Translations under genes and position numbers: made by a program
NCBI GenBank assembly: GCA_963745035.1
Contig: CAVUVW010000023.1
Coordinates: forward strand, 29,915-93,914
From: an uncultured delta proteobacterium
GTDB lineage: Bacteria; Desulfobacterota; Binatia; UBA9968
Direction: 5' to 3'
DNA length: 64,000 nt
The notes under the pieces: model-generated
Databases searched by the model: none
What the model saw: only the letters and a program-made list of their open reading frames with translations
What the model was told of the DNA's origin: nothing
Shown: piece by piece, positions 10,893-22,078 of the stretch
How positions within the stretch are numbered: the stretch's first letter is position 1
Layout: every line of letters starts with the position of its first letter

Positions 10893-11318
10893 TTAGTGAC
10901 GATAGCCTCTGTGATCGAATCGGCGATTGATGTGGTCGCCGCGGCGATCCAATCTGTGTTCGATCCGATTACCTCGGCGATCCAGGTGAGCTTGGATCCG
11001 ATCGCCTTTTTTGTCCAGATGACTCTCGATTCGATCCCCTTTGCGGTCGAGTCGGTCCGCCAACTTGTACTTGCCATCCGCTCTGGCCCTTGCCGCTCTG
11101 GCGTCGAACCGATCGTTGATTCTGTCGCCTCTGGCATCGAGATGCTGATTGATACGCGCTCCTCTCGAATCCAGGCGGTCATTGATTCTGTCCCCTCTGG
11201 CATCCAGGCGCCGGTCAATACGATCGCCACGCCGGCCGTAGGACCGATCGTCCGCTGATACTATTGCCGCGCTGCCCAAAGCTAGAACACTGAGTCCGAT
11301 TACAATTGCTTTTTTCAT
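10893..11318 (-). CDS. Secreted protein with 11-residue repeats
   Basis: Signal peptide MKKAIVIGLSVLALGSAAIVSA; eight xRGDRIxxxLD-type repeats; AAGGAG RBS. Confidence 0.8.
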   Translation of the reverse strand: MKKAIVIGLSVLALGSAAIVSADDRSYGRRGDRIDRRLDARGDRINDRLDSRGARINQHLDARGDRINDRFDARAARARADGKYKLADRLDRKGDRIESHLDKKGDRIQAHLDRRGNRIEHRLDRRGDHINRRFDHRGYRH

Positions 11319-11376
11319 TGAGCGATCTCCTTATTCTGTTGTTAAATGTGATTTCCTCTGCGCCCTTAAACCATTG

Positions 11377-11402
11377 GACGCAGCGAGGCTGCAAAGGTTT
11401 AC
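11377..11402 (-). promoter_or_regulatory. Putative ECF sigma-factor promoter
   Basis: Minus strand GTAAAC-N16-CGTC about 60 nt upstream of the repeat-protein start. Confidence 0.45.
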
Positions 11403-11555
11403 TAGTCCGGAGGTTAATTTCGAAACGAACCGAGAGGCCGCAATAAAAGCCTCATATATTCGGGCGCTTGGTAAAATGTTCTAAATAAGAAACACGCCTG
11501 ATAAGATCAGGCGAGTTGTTGACAGAACCTGCAATCTAACTTACAGATTGCTCAC

Positions 11556-12587
11556 GTGAAAATTGTCATTAAGCGCAGCGATTTATTCTTTTTTTCTCGA
11601 CCTTTGTTACGGCGAATTTGGTTGTTTGCATTTGTTTTATCGCTCCCGACAACTGCAAGCACAGAGCCTTTACGGATCGCCTACACGTCGATCGCCGTAG
11701 TTTACGGTCCTCTCTGGGTCACCAAGGAGGCGGGAATCTTCAAGAAGCTCGGCATCGATCCCGAATTCATCTACATCGCCGGCGGACCGCCATCATTACA
11801 AGCATTGATCGCGGGGGACGTCGCGATCTCCTTCACCGCAGCCGGTGCGACAGTGGCGGCGAATCTGTCGGGTTCTGATGTCGTGCTGCTCGGCGCCAGC
11901 ATCGATTCCCTGCCCTTCGAACTTTGGTCAGTTTCCAGCATCAAAGAGCCGGCCCAACTCAGGGGCACAAAGCTCGGCGTCAGCCGCATCGGCGCGACCA
12001 CCGATTTCGTGGCGCGTTATCTGTTGAAGAAATGGGGAATGCAAAGCGATAAAGACGTCGCCATTTTTCAAGCGGGCTCCGGGCCTCAGGTGTTTGCTGC
12101 GCTCAAGGGCGGTTCGGTTCACAGCGGGGTGCTTTCAACCGGTCCCGAGACACTGCGTGCCGAGGCGGAAGGATATGTTCGGCTCGCGGACGTTTCATCG
12201 TCTGAGTTGGTTTATCCGTTCGGGCCGTTTGCGGCGCGGCAGGCATTTCTCAAAAAGCAACCCGATCTCGTGACGCGCTTCATGAAGGCTTATGTTGAAG
12301 GTATTCATCGTTTCAAAACCGACAAAACAACAGCGCTAGCGACCCTAGAGAAGTATACCAAGCAACAAACGACTCCTGCTGTTGAGAGAATTTACCAAAG
12401 TTACGCGACCAAATATTTCAAGAGGGTTCCGGAAGCTACGTCAGCGGGAATTCAAACTATTTTAGAGGAGCTCGCTGCCACACGAGCGCTACCCCAGGGT
12501 CTGACGCCGCAGCGTTTCGTGGAGTCGAAATTCGTAGGTGAATTGGTTTCCAGCGGCTTCGTCGAGAATCTTTATAAAGGGCGTTAG
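11556..12587 (+). CDS. NitT/TauT (SsuA/THI5-like) ABC substrate-binding protein
   Basis: Signal peptide, LRIAY, LWVTKEAGIF, LRGTKLGVSRIG. Confidence 0.85.
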   Translation: MKIVIKRSDLFFFSRPLLRRIWLFAFVLSLPTTASTEPLRIAYTSIAVVYGPLWVTKEAGIFKKLGIDPEFIYIAGGPPSLQALIAGDVAISFTAAGATVAANLSGSDVVLLGASIDSLPFELWSVSSIKEPAQLRGTKLGVSRIGATTDFVARYLLKKWGMQSDKDVAIFQAGSGPQVFAALKGGSVHSGVLSTGPETLRAEAEGYVRLADVSSSELVYPFGPFAARQAFLKKQPDLVTRFMKAYVEGIHRFKTDKTTALATLEKYTKQQTTPAVERIYQSYATKYFKRVPEATSAGIQTILEELAATRALPQGLTPQRFVESKFVGELVSSGFVENLYKGR

Positions 12588-12860
12588 GCCGCGCCGCCCG
12601 GGATTAAGCAAAGGTGAAAATGATCTTGCAACATCCTGTGCCTCGGCTGGTCCGGCGAGATGAAGCAAACCCAAATCATCCGGATCAACGCAACGACGAC
12701 TGTTGATTTGTTTTCTTCAAGCTGCAAAACCTGCTAGAGGGTTTTGACCAGCCTGATCTCGCCGTCGGCGGCAATTCTGTGGATGTGATGATTTACCAGC
12801 CGTGACCTTTACTCGCGTCCTAACGCCTAACCGTAAAAGGAGACAACCACCATTTCAATT

Positions 12861-13412
12861 GTGATCGTAGCGATGCCGTACGGCTGCGCCGGTTCGAAGT
12901 CGCTCTCGCAAGCATCGCGCATCGGCTTTGAGAAAGCCATCGACTGGTGGCAGAAGTCGATGCAGAATTCTAAGCACAAGACTTACTTTATCCTCGCGGG
13001 CTATACAGACGATGCCGGGCAAGAACTTTCGGTTCGTCGGGAGATCATCAACAAGGCAACCATCGACCCTGAGCTATTGAGCAACCTCGTCGAGATCAGC
13101 GCCCGAAATGAGGAGGCGCTGGCGGTGAAAATCTCGCGAACGCGCCAATTGTTGCCTATCGAAACGATCACGGTTTTCGTCGAAACGCGCAATGCAGTCA
13201 GCGTCAAAGCGATCTTTAAAAGGAAATTCGGCAAGACCCTGCAAATCAGAAAATTCAAAGCACGGTTTGAATTCAATCATCAGTGGATTACCACCTCAAC
13301 CTCGTTTGCCTGGTTATCCAGAAACTGGCTGCTGCGGGTTTGGTTCGCGATGAAAAAGCGGATGGGCCGACGCCTGCGGAAGAAAGTACGTTTTCTGTTC
13401 CGATCGTATTGA
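12861..13412 (+). CDS. Hypothetical protein
   Basis: 183-aa ORF with AAAGGAG upstream; no family recognised. Confidence 0.5.
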   Translation: MIVAMPYGCAGSKSLSQASRIGFEKAIDWWQKSMQNSKHKTYFILAGYTDDAGQELSVRREIINKATIDPELLSNLVEISARNEEALAVKISRTRQLLPIETITVFVETRNAVSVKAIFKRKFGKTLQIRKFKARFEFNHQWITTSTSFAWLSRNWLLRVWFAMKKRMGRRLRKKVRFLFRSY

Positions 13413-13524
13413 TGACGGCAGGATAACGATAGGGCGAACCTAAGTGTTCGTCCTTAAAAATGCAGCGCCGGAACTGTTGCCCCTACCTAGACACCAAGCC
13501 GCGTCCCCGATTACTCCGATTCTC

Positions 13525-14382
13525 TTAAGCCACCTTGGATACCCGCGGCGATGACTCCGCCGAGAAATCTTTCTCCACCCACCAATTCGCGATCTCACTG
13601 CCGGTCGCGAACCAGACTCCTTCGTGGGATTTCATGTATTCGATCAAATTAGCCAAGGTCTTGGCTCGTCCGGGCCGGCTCGAGATATACGGGTGAAATT
13701 GAAACGGGCAGAACGTCGGCGCCGAGCTGGACTCTTCATAGAATTGATCGAACATAGCTTTCCAGATCGCCAGCGTGTCGTTTGGATTGCCTGAGTCTCG
13801 ATGACCATAGGTCCTGCCGTCGCCAAACGGTTGCCGCGGTAATTCTACGAGCTGCTTATCGCCGTCTTGCCAAACAAACGGTAAATCGAAAGAGAAGGAA
13901 TTACTGTTCCACAGGTAGCCCTGTTGCATCAGCAATTCCAAGCTATTTGGACTTTGCGTACAGGAGCGCCAGCCGACCGGCCGTTTTTGGGCGCGAGTGA
14001 GGATCATCTCAGTGGTCCGTTGTATCACGTCGCGCTCCTGCTCCCTGCTAAGGTCGCGCGCGACTTCATGATGATAGCCGTGGCCCGCCACTTCGTGTCC
14101 TTGAGCGATGATGGCAGCGACGGCTTCCGGATATCTTTCTGCGATCCCGCCGCAGGTCAAAAATGTTGCCTTCACATCGTTGGCCGAAAGGATACGCAGG
14201 ATTCGCCAGATACCGGTATGCGGGCCGTATTCGGCCTGGGTGTACTCTTCGTGATTGATCCTACCGTTCTTATCCGGCCGAACATCCTCGCCACCTTGAA
14301 AATCGAAGCTCAGGAAGACGGCGATGCGATTGTTGCCGGGCCAAGATATGTCGCCCCGTGAATGACGTTGTTGCAGCTCCAT
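13525..14382 (-). CDS. Polysaccharide deacetylase family (PuuE-like)
   Basis: WPGNNRIAV, EYGPHTGIWR, HEVAGHGYHH, FHPYISSRP; AGGAGG RBS before ATG 14382. Confidence 0.85.
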   Translation of the reverse strand: MELQQRHSRGDISWPGNNRIAVFLSFDFQGGEDVRPDKNGRINHEEYTQAEYGPHTGIWRILRILSANDVKATFLTCGGIAERYPEAVAAIIAQGHEVAGHGYHHEVARDLSREQERDVIQRTTEMILTRAQKRPVGWRSCTQSPNSLELLMQQGYLWNSNSFSFDLPFVWQDGDKQLVELPRQPFGDGRTYGHRDSGNPNDTLAIWKAMFDQFYEESSSAPTFCPFQFHPYISSRPGRAKTLANLIEYMKSHEGVWFATGSEIANWWVEKDFSAESSPRVSKVA

Positions 14383-14671
14383 CTTGAACCTCCTTAACCT
14401 GCGACCGCTTTTTGAATAAATGAATTTTCGTCTCTTCTTCCTTTTAATCCAGCCGCGCCGGCCTTGCAACCTCGAGCGGCCGCGTTGTTGCTCCAGAAAA
14501 AAGAATGTATAGAAAGGACGATCGTCATTTTGGGAGGTGCGCCGTTCTTGCCCAGCAGTAAGAATCGACGATGCCAGCGCCTATCCGGGCGCAACCGCTC
14601 TTATGACCGTGGGGGATGAACAAACCGGAATAGAATTCTTAAAGGATGTAGCTCATCGCTTAGGAGGTTCG

Positions 14672-15673
14672 ATGTTTCTGCATAGTACTATTCTGTTGCT
14701 GGGGCTGTTGCTGGCAACCGCAACCAATGCGCAGGAAAAAAAACTCGAACCGCTGATTGTCTCCTACAGTTCTTTCACCGGCAATCGCGCTCCGTTGTGG
14801 ATTGCCAAGGATCTCGGACTGTATGAAAAGTATGGGCTCGATGTAAAACTCGTAAGCATTGCCGCAGGCAGCGTTTCTCTTACCGCTCTGCTCGCGGGGA
14901 ATGTCCATCTCACTACCGATTCGAGCTCGGGTGTGGTCGGCGCGGTCGCGCGCGGCGCGCCAATCGTGACCGTTTCCACCAATGGCGCATTACCCTATCA
15001 GCTCATCGCCGTTCCCTCGATCAAATCGCCCTCAGAGCTGAGAGGTAAAATCATCGGCAGCAGCCGCATCGGCGCCGGCACGGATTTTCTCTTGCGGCGA
15101 ATTCTTGCGAAAATCGGGTTCACTCCGGGTAAAGAAGTTTCGTTAATTCCAACCGGAGTGAGCGAGTCCGATAAACGAATTCAACTGATGTTCCAGGGCA
15201 AAATCGATGCAACCATCGGAGAGTCGGACAAGGTCTTTCAGTTCACTGAATTGAGCGGGCAGAAAATTTCGGTCTTGGGCGAACCCAAAGATTTCGGTGT
15301 ACCGGCGCCGGGAAGCGAGCTCAACACCACCAGGTCAATCTTGAAAGAAATGCGGCCGCGATTGAAGGCTTTTTTCATGGCCTACAGCGAGGCCATTGCA
15401 TTGGGCAGAAGAAACAAAGAGCTGGCCAATCAGGTATTCCGAAAGTACATGCGCATCGACAATCCGCAGCTTCTGGAGTTTACTTACAGAGTCCAATTTT
15501 TAGAGGCGATTCCCGCAAAGCCTTATCCGCGGGAAGATGCCATTCAAGCGAGCATCGAGGACCTGAGGGAATCGACGCCAAAACTCGAAGGGATGAAAGC
15601 CGCGGAATTCTTCGACGGGTCGTTGATTAAAGAACTGGATAACGAGGGTTTCTTTACAAGAATAGGAAAATGA
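14672..15673 (+). CDS. NitT/TauT ABC substrate-binding protein
   Basis: AGGAGG RBS; LWIAKDLGLYEKYGL, LRGKIIGSSRIG. Confidence 0.85.
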   Translation: MFLHSTILLLGLLLATATNAQEKKLEPLIVSYSSFTGNRAPLWIAKDLGLYEKYGLDVKLVSIAAGSVSLTALLAGNVHLTTDSSSGVVGAVARGAPIVTVSTNGALPYQLIAVPSIKSPSELRGKIIGSSRIGAGTDFLLRRILAKIGFTPGKEVSLIPTGVSESDKRIQLMFQGKIDATIGESDKVFQFTELSGQKISVLGEPKDFGVPAPGSELNTTRSILKEMRPRLKAFFMAYSEAIALGRRNKELANQVFRKYMRIDNPQLLEFTYRVQFLEAIPAKPYPREDAIQASIEDLRESTPKLEGMKAAEFFDGSLIKELDNEGFFTRIGK

Positions 15674-16639
15674 GCATCGCATCAACACTAAAATTAATCG
15701 TAGCGCTGATCACTCTCTGCTTTTGGCCAGTACAATCCGCGCACTCGCAAGAGCGAGCTCGTATCGGCATCTCGGCCGCGTCGCTCGGCTTTCTCCCTAC
15801 TGTCCTGGCGGAAAAGAAAGGCTTCTACAGTAAACATGGCATCAACTCTGAACACGTGTTGGTTCCCTGCGCGATTGCCACCAACGCTCTGCTATCCGAT
15901 GATCTAGACTACGCGGTCTGCACCGGGCCGGGTATTTCAGGAGCCATCAAAGGGCTGCCGATCAAGCTGGTTATGACCACGCAGGACAAGCTCGGCTATC
16001 TACTGTTGGTCAAACCCAACGTGCAAAAGTTAAGCGATCTGCGCGGCAAGACTATTGGCATCAGCACCTTTGGCAGCCAATTGTATCTGACGAGCGTGAC
16101 CTTGTTTCGTCAAGCCGCGAATGGAACCCGGGAAAGATATCAATCTCCTACCTGGCGGAGACAACACCGCCAGGCTTGCTGCCATGGATGCGGGAAAAAT
16201 CGACGCAGCTTTTGTTTCTTCGCCGGCGGATATTTTTGGCGTTAAAAGAGGCTATCAAGTGCTGCTTTGGACACGCGACCATGTTCCATTGACGCAAAAC
16301 GCCGTCGTCGTGACCGATAGAAGACTGAAACAGTCCCCCGAACAGGTAAAGCGCACGATCAAAGGAACCATTGAGGCTCTTAAATTCATGAGAGAAAACC
16401 AGGAGGAAAGCATAGCGATCGCTGCCAAATGGTTGAAGCTGGATCTCGCCATTACTCGTGCCGCCTTTGAGAACTATTTGCCGTGTTATAGCGCGGATGG
16501 CGGTTTGTCCGATCAAGCATTAAGAGATTTAGTCCGCTACGAACTGGATCGTACCAACCTCAAAAAGGAAATTCCTTTAACCCAGGTGGCGAGCCGCGAT
16601 TTGCTCCAGCAAGCGCAAAGAGAACTCAATGTCCGATGA
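15670..16639 (+). CDS. NitT/TauT ABC substrate-binding protein (frameshift ~16120)
   Basis: AEKKGFY, DLRGKTIGIS; second ORF continues the fold. Confidence 0.8.
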
Positions 16640-17884
16640 CGCCACATGTCAATCGTGGCGGAACGCCTGCGCCCGCTCCCTGGATGGGATTCGGGTGCTC
16701 GATTTCACCCACGTCCTCGCCGGCCCGTTTTGCACCCGTCTGCTCGCCGATTTAGGCGCCGACGTGGTCCGGGTAGAAAGCAGCAAGCACCCGGATCATC
16801 CCTGGCAATCAACTTTTATCAGCGACGATCAGCGCCATGCTTCTTATTTAAATACCAATCGAAGCAAACGCTCCATCGCCATCGATCTCAAGAACGAAGC
16901 CGGACAGAAAATCGCGCTCAAGCTAGCGGCTGCCGCCGATGTCGCTCATCGAAAATTTCAGCGCCGGTGTCATGGGCGGCTTAAACTGGATTACCAGAGC
17001 ATTGCAAGACTCAATCCCAGACTCTATCTACGTCAGCATGTCCGGATATGGCCACGACGGCCCGCGGCGCGACTGGACCAGCATGAACATGAACCTGCAG
17101 GGATACAGCGGTCTGATGATGGTCACCGGCGCCGAAGGCGATCCGCCCACTGCCATTTCGAACTCGTGGAATGATTACATCGGTGGTCTGCACGCATGCT
17201 TTGCCGTGCTCGCAGGCGGTGGATCAGCGCGCCGACAGCGGCACGCGGAAGCCTACATCGATTTAAGCCAATTCGAATGCAGCGCGGCGATGATCGGCCC
17301 GTTGTTACTGAGCAGCGCGGTAAACAGCAAGATCCCCGTCCGCCGGGGCAACCGTTCGGCAGCTGTCGCTCCCCAAGGGGTTTATCGCTGCGCCGGGACG
17401 GACGATTGGTGCACCCTGAGCATCGAAAACGAAGAGCAATGGAAGGCACTTGCCAAAGTTATCGGACAAAGAGAATTTAGTTTCGGATACGTAGCTTGCA
17501 ATACGTCGCCGGACGAATGACCCATCACGATGAGATCGATCGGCAGATCGAAGCTTGGACTGCAACGATTTTCCAGCGCCGAAGTCGAATCTCGGCTGAA
17601 AGCAGCCGGCATTCCGGCCGAACGGGTGCGACGCATCAACGAAGTAATCGATGATGCCGATGGCCAAATCAGTTTTCTCGACGAATGGAGGAGCGGCGAG
17701 TCGGGTCGATGCTGACAACTCGCCTGCCCTTTCACGCTTTCCCCGAGTCTCGCTGCCGGCACCGCGCAGCGCCCCGGTCTTTGGAGAGCACAACGCCGAA
17801 GTGCTGCAGCAATGGTTGAATCTTTCCGATGAGCAATTCGACGAAATCGAGAAACCAGAAGGCTTTCACATGACCATTCCGTGA
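16629..17884 (+). CDS. CaiB/BaiF family III CoA-transferase (several frameshifts)
   Basis: LDGIRVLDFTHVLAGP, NRSKRSIAIDLK, SMSGYGHDGP, APQGVYRC, APVFGEHN. Confidence 0.85.
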
Positions 17885-18411
17885 GCTTCCATTATCACGC
17901 CGGAATTGCGTGGCTGGATCGGTCGACAAAGTCGGTCGCGAGCTCTGGAAACTGAAGTGCCTCCGACGTGCGCCGTTACGTCGATGCGACTGGCGACGCA
18001 AATCCTCTGTGGCTGGATGAAGAGTTCGCCCGGACAGCGGGCTATCGTGGCCGTTTGCTTCCGCCGACGTTGGTGGGCTGGGTTCCGTTCAGCTTCAGAG
18101 AGGGCACGGAACGAGCCAATTCCGATCCGACCGACCTGCGGCGGCAGCTGCCACTGCCCCGGAGTATACCAATGTGCGCAATGCCGGATCTGAAACGGAA
18201 TGGGTTCAACCCGCTTATCTGGGAGAACAACTTTCAACCAGAAGCCCATCCTGGATATAGTCGCGCGCCAAGGACGCGCCGGATTGGGCATCTACATTAC
18301 GCAGGAAGAGCAGATTGTTAACTCTGCCGGGCAAGTCGTGTTGCGCCGGCGCCATACCTCGCCGTGTTCCCCGACAAAAAATTTCCCAGCGAATCGGAGA
18401 ATTCCAAATAG
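17870..18411 (+). CDS. MaoC-like dehydratase (frameshifted)
   Basis: RRYVDATGDANPLWLDEEFAR...PPT motif. Confidence 0.7.
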
Positions 18412-19513
18412 ATGGCACGAATCATAGATCTAACCGGCATGATCGGATCTTACGCCACCCGGCTCTTTGCCGAAGAGCGGCATGAGGTGGTTCGGGTTGA
18501 AAAACCCGCCGGCGACGAATTGAGACGGCTAGCCGCCTTTTCTGGGCGGCAAACAGGACATGGAACACGGCGCTTACCACCAGTTTTTAAATGCCGGAAA
18601 AAAAAGCTTGGCGCTCGATTTGGATTCGCTCCCCAGATCAAAAACTGTTTCTCGACCTACTCTCCCGAAGTGATATTCTGGTAACCGATGACCCGTTGCC
18701 TTTCAACGAACAGCTTTGCTTCGAAGCCAATCCGAAACTGGTTCTGACAAAAATAGAGAACGATGCGCCGGAAATCTGTGCGATGGCGCGATCTGGACTT
18801 ATGTCGCTCACGGGCCAGCCGAATCAAGCACCGATGATCCTCGGAGGCCACATCCCGTTTTTGGCCGTCGGCGCCTACGTAAGCGTCGCTACCGCCGCCG
18901 CTTTGCTGTCGTGCAAGAGCAGTGGCCGCGCAGTGGTCGCGACGGTTTCGATGCAGCGAATCGCTGGAATCTTTCGTCGAGCAGGCGATGGTCGAATACA
19001 GTTTTTCCGGAACCATCACCGAGCGGCGCGGCAGCAAGGGCGCAATCACGGCGGTGTCCGGCGCCCTGCCATGTAAAAATGGCCACTGGGTGATCAGCCA
19101 GATCCATCGTCCCGGGCGCTGGGCTAAATTCGTCGATTGGGTGCAGGATCCGGAACTAAGCTCGGATCCTTCGCTGGCGGACGAAGAAAACCAACACAAA
19201 AGACGCGACTTTATCATGGATCGCCTGAACTGCTTGGGCAACGCGTTTCAGCAAAGCGGAACTGGTGGAAGAAGCCCAGCGCCGGCACTTTCCCGCCTCG
19301 CCGGTTTCGACCACCCTCGACCTTGTCGACGATCCCCAACTGATCGCGCGTGGATTTTTACAGGAAATGAATCATCCACTGCTTGGGCGAATCACATTTC
19401 CAACGGGCGCCCTTGCCACAGTCGTCGGTGCTCAGCTTAGCCCAGCGCCGCGACTGGGGGAACATAATGCGCAGATCTTGAAGGAACTTCGGCACGGCAG
19501 CTGGCAAGAATGA
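18412..19513 (+). CDS. Second CaiB/BaiF CoA-transferase-like protein (frameshifted)
   Basis: VVRVEKPAGD, LNAGKKS, SGLMSLTG, DPQLIARGF, APRLGEHN. Confidence 0.75.
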
Positions 19514-20001
19514 ATCCCGCAGGTAGTCAACGAGAAATGATGCAACACGTTTCGGCAAACCAACAAGTAACTTTCTTCGATAACATCGCTGTGGGCGATT
19601 CGATTCCCAGTCGAGACTACGGTTCTCTGACCATCGTCGATACAGTGCGTTGGGCCGGTTTACAAGAAAACGTGCAGCACCTGCATTTCGACCGCGAACA
19701 TGTGCGCCAGCATAACGGCCTGCGCACATTCATAGCGAGCGGCGCCTATCGCCAGGCGCTGCTCATCCGGATGCTGACGGATTGGATCAGCCCGCGCGGC
19801 TGGTTGCGCAAGATCACCGTGCGCAATACCTATTCGACATTCGAAGGCGATATGATGCATTTTTCCGCACAGGTCGCGGGTAAATCGGCCGATTTTTCCG
19901 ATCCATGGATCGTCTGCGATCTCGAAGGAAAAAATCAGGAGGATCGACAAATTTTAACCGGACGCTGCACATTGATTCTCCCGATACGTAAAGATAAATA
20001 A
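19510..20001 (+). CDS. MaoC family dehydratase
   Basis: FDNIAVGD, LHFDREH, LIRMLTDW, EGD. Confidence 0.75.
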   Translation: MNPAGSQREMMQHVSANQQVTFFDNIAVGDSIPSRDYGSLTIVDTVRWAGLQENVQHLHFDREHVRQHNGLRTFIASGAYRQALLIRMLTDWISPRGWLRKITVRNTYSTFEGDMMHFSAQVAGKSADFSDPWIVCDLEGKNQEDRQILTGRCTLILPIRKDK

Positions 20002-20121
20002 AGCGAGGTTCAGTCATTGCAACAAACCGTGCAGGACTGTCCTTCAACGATCGATCTTGGGCGCGGATCAAGCCTAAAAATCGCTTCTCCGGACTTTGAA
20101 AATGAGCTATGAGGCATAGCT

Positions 20122-20988
20122 ATGGAGACAAAAGTAACCTTTGACTCAGCCGGTTTGAAGTTATCCGGTGTTCTGCACACGCCTGTCGATTTGAAAGCAG
20201 GCCAGCGTCGTCCGGCTTTTCTCGTCCTGCATGGCTTCGGCGGCAGCAAGAGTGGGCAAGGCCAAAGTCTTATCGCCAATCAATTAGCCGGCTGGGGCTA
20301 CATCGTCATGCGTTTTGACTTCCGCGGTTGCGGTGAGAGCGAGGGCGAACGCGGCTGGATTCTTTGCCTCGATCAAGTTGCCGACACATCCAGCGCCCTC
20401 TCTTACATGGCGCGCCGCCCTTATGTCGCTGCCGATCGTATCGCTCTGATCGGCAGCAGCTTCGGCGCTGCGGTGGCGATCTACACCGGCGGCGTCGACA
20501 AGCGAGTTGCCGCCGTGATCTCGTCAGGAGGTTGGGGTGACGGCGAGCGGAAATTTCGCCGGCAACATCCGACACCTGAGGCTTGGACGCGCTTCAACGA
20601 TATGTTGGAAGAAGGACGACGCTATCGGCAACAGAACGGCAAGTCACTCATGGTGCCGCGCTTTGATATCGTGCCTATTCCCGAGCGGCTGCGTGACCGC
20701 ATGAGCCCAGGCTCGATTATGGAATTCCCCGCCGAGACCGCGCAAAGCATGTACGATTTTCGCGCCGACGAGCAAGTCGGCAAGATCGCTCCCCGGCCGC
20801 TGCTGCTCTTGCACAGCGCCAATGATTCGGTGACGCCAACCGACGAATCCATCGAGTTGTTCAAGCGCGCCAAACAACCCGCCGAGCTTCACTTATTTTC
20901 GGAAGTCGATCACTTCATGTTCGGCGAGGAAAATGCCCGCGTCAATCGCATTTTGGCCGATTGGCTCGAGCGCTATTTTCCTCTGTAA
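20122..20988 (+). CDS. Alpha/beta hydrolase (S9/X-Pro-like)
   Basis: LHGFGG, FDFRGCGESEG, GSSFG, PLLLLHSAND, VDHF. Confidence 0.85.
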   Translation: METKVTFDSAGLKLSGVLHTPVDLKAGQRRPAFLVLHGFGGSKSGQGQSLIANQLAGWGYIVMRFDFRGCGESEGERGWILCLDQVADTSSALSYMARRPYVAADRIALIGSSFGAAVAIYTGGVDKRVAAVISSGGWGDGERKFRRQHPTPEAWTRFNDMLEEGRRYRQQNGKSLMVPRFDIVPIPERLRDRMSPGSIMEFPAETAQSMYDFRADEQVGKIAPRPLLLLHSANDSVTPTDESIELFKRAKQPAELHLFSEVDHFMFGEENARVNRILADWLERYFPL

Positions 20989-21004
20989 AACAGCTAGAGG
21001 ACTC

Positions 21005-22066
21005 GTGCCCAGAATCGATCACATCCAACTGCTCCGTTTTAGCGAAGAGCTATTTCTGGCCGGCGGCATGCTTAAAGGCGATGCCGAACTCGTTGCGCGG
21101 CTGCTCGTGAAAGCCGATTTGCGCGGTTATCCGGGTCACGGTGTGACGCGCATTCCTTCCTATCTGGCATGGACTCATGACGGAACCATCGATCTTCGAA
21201 AGCGGCCAAAGATTATCCGCGAAGGAAAAATCACGGCAGTTATCGAAGGTAACCACTACATCGGCCAAGTCGCGGCTTGCACTGCAATGGATCTGGCCAT
21301 AGAGAAGGCCAAAAAACATGGGGCCGGCCTGGTTTGTCTGCGTCATGCGAGTCATACGGGGCGGCTGGCCGATTACATGGAAATGGCTGCGGATGCCGGC
21401 ATGATCGCGATGGGCGCCGTCAGCGTTGGCGCGGGAACGACGACGTTGTACGGCGGCATGGAGCGTGTGACCGGCACCAATCCGATTGCCTTCGGCATTC
21501 CGGCGCGAGACGGCCGACACATCATCCTTGATTTCGCCACCGCGGCAATGAGCATGGGGGAACTTCAAAAACGCGTAACCAGGAAACAACCGATTCCGGA
21601 AGGCGTCATGCTCGACAGCTCGGGAAATCCGACAACCGATTTCAAAGCGTTTCGCGGCGCATCGCGCGGCGTCTTTCTCCCCTTTGGCGGCTACAAAGGG
21701 TCAGGGGTCGCCTTGATCACGGAAATTCTTGGCGGCATTCTGACGGGCAACGGCTTAGGCAGCGAGTGGTGGGCAAACGGCGGACATGGTATCAATGGCG
21801 TCTTTCTGCAAGCGTTTAGCGTAGAAGAGTTTCAAGAGCCGGACGCTTTTTATGACAAGGTCGATAAATTACTCTCGTCGATTAAATCAATTAAGCCCGC
21901 GCCGGGATTCACTGAAGTCCTCGTGCCCGGTGAAAACGGCAGGCGCAAGGAACAGAGACAGCGCAAGGACGGTGTTGATATCGATGAACCGACTTGGAGC
22001 CGCTTGCAGAAACTAGCGGCAGAGCTCGGGATTGCAACGCCTGAACCCAAGGAAGATTACAAATAA
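21005..22066 (+). CDS. Ldh_2 (malate/L-lactate/ureidoglycolate dehydrogenase) family
   Basis: ADLRGYPGHG, HTGRL, GTNPIA, LDFAT, GGYKGSG, PGE. Confidence 0.88.
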   Translation: MPRIDHIQLLRFSEELFLAGGMLKGDAELVARLLVKADLRGYPGHGVTRIPSYLAWTHDGTIDLRKRPKIIREGKITAVIEGNHYIGQVAACTAMDLAIEKAKKHGAGLVCLRHASHTGRLADYMEMAADAGMIAMGAVSVGAGTTTLYGGMERVTGTNPIAFGIPARDGRHIILDFATAAMSMGELQKRVTRKQPIPEGVMLDSSGNPTTDFKAFRGASRGVFLPFGGYKGSGVALITEILGGILTGNGLGSEWWANGGHGINGVFLQAFSVEEFQEPDAFYDKVDKLLSSIKSIKPAPGFTEVLVPGENGRRKEQRQRKDGVDIDEPTWSRLQKLAAELGIATPEPKEDYK

Positions 22067-22078
22067 GGAGCATCGAAC

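Noticed and set aside
10872-11258. 33-bp periodic DNA and antisense repeat ORF (CRISPR-like?)
   Set aside because: Degenerate coding repeats without unique spacers, explained by the 11-aa repeat protein; no cas genes
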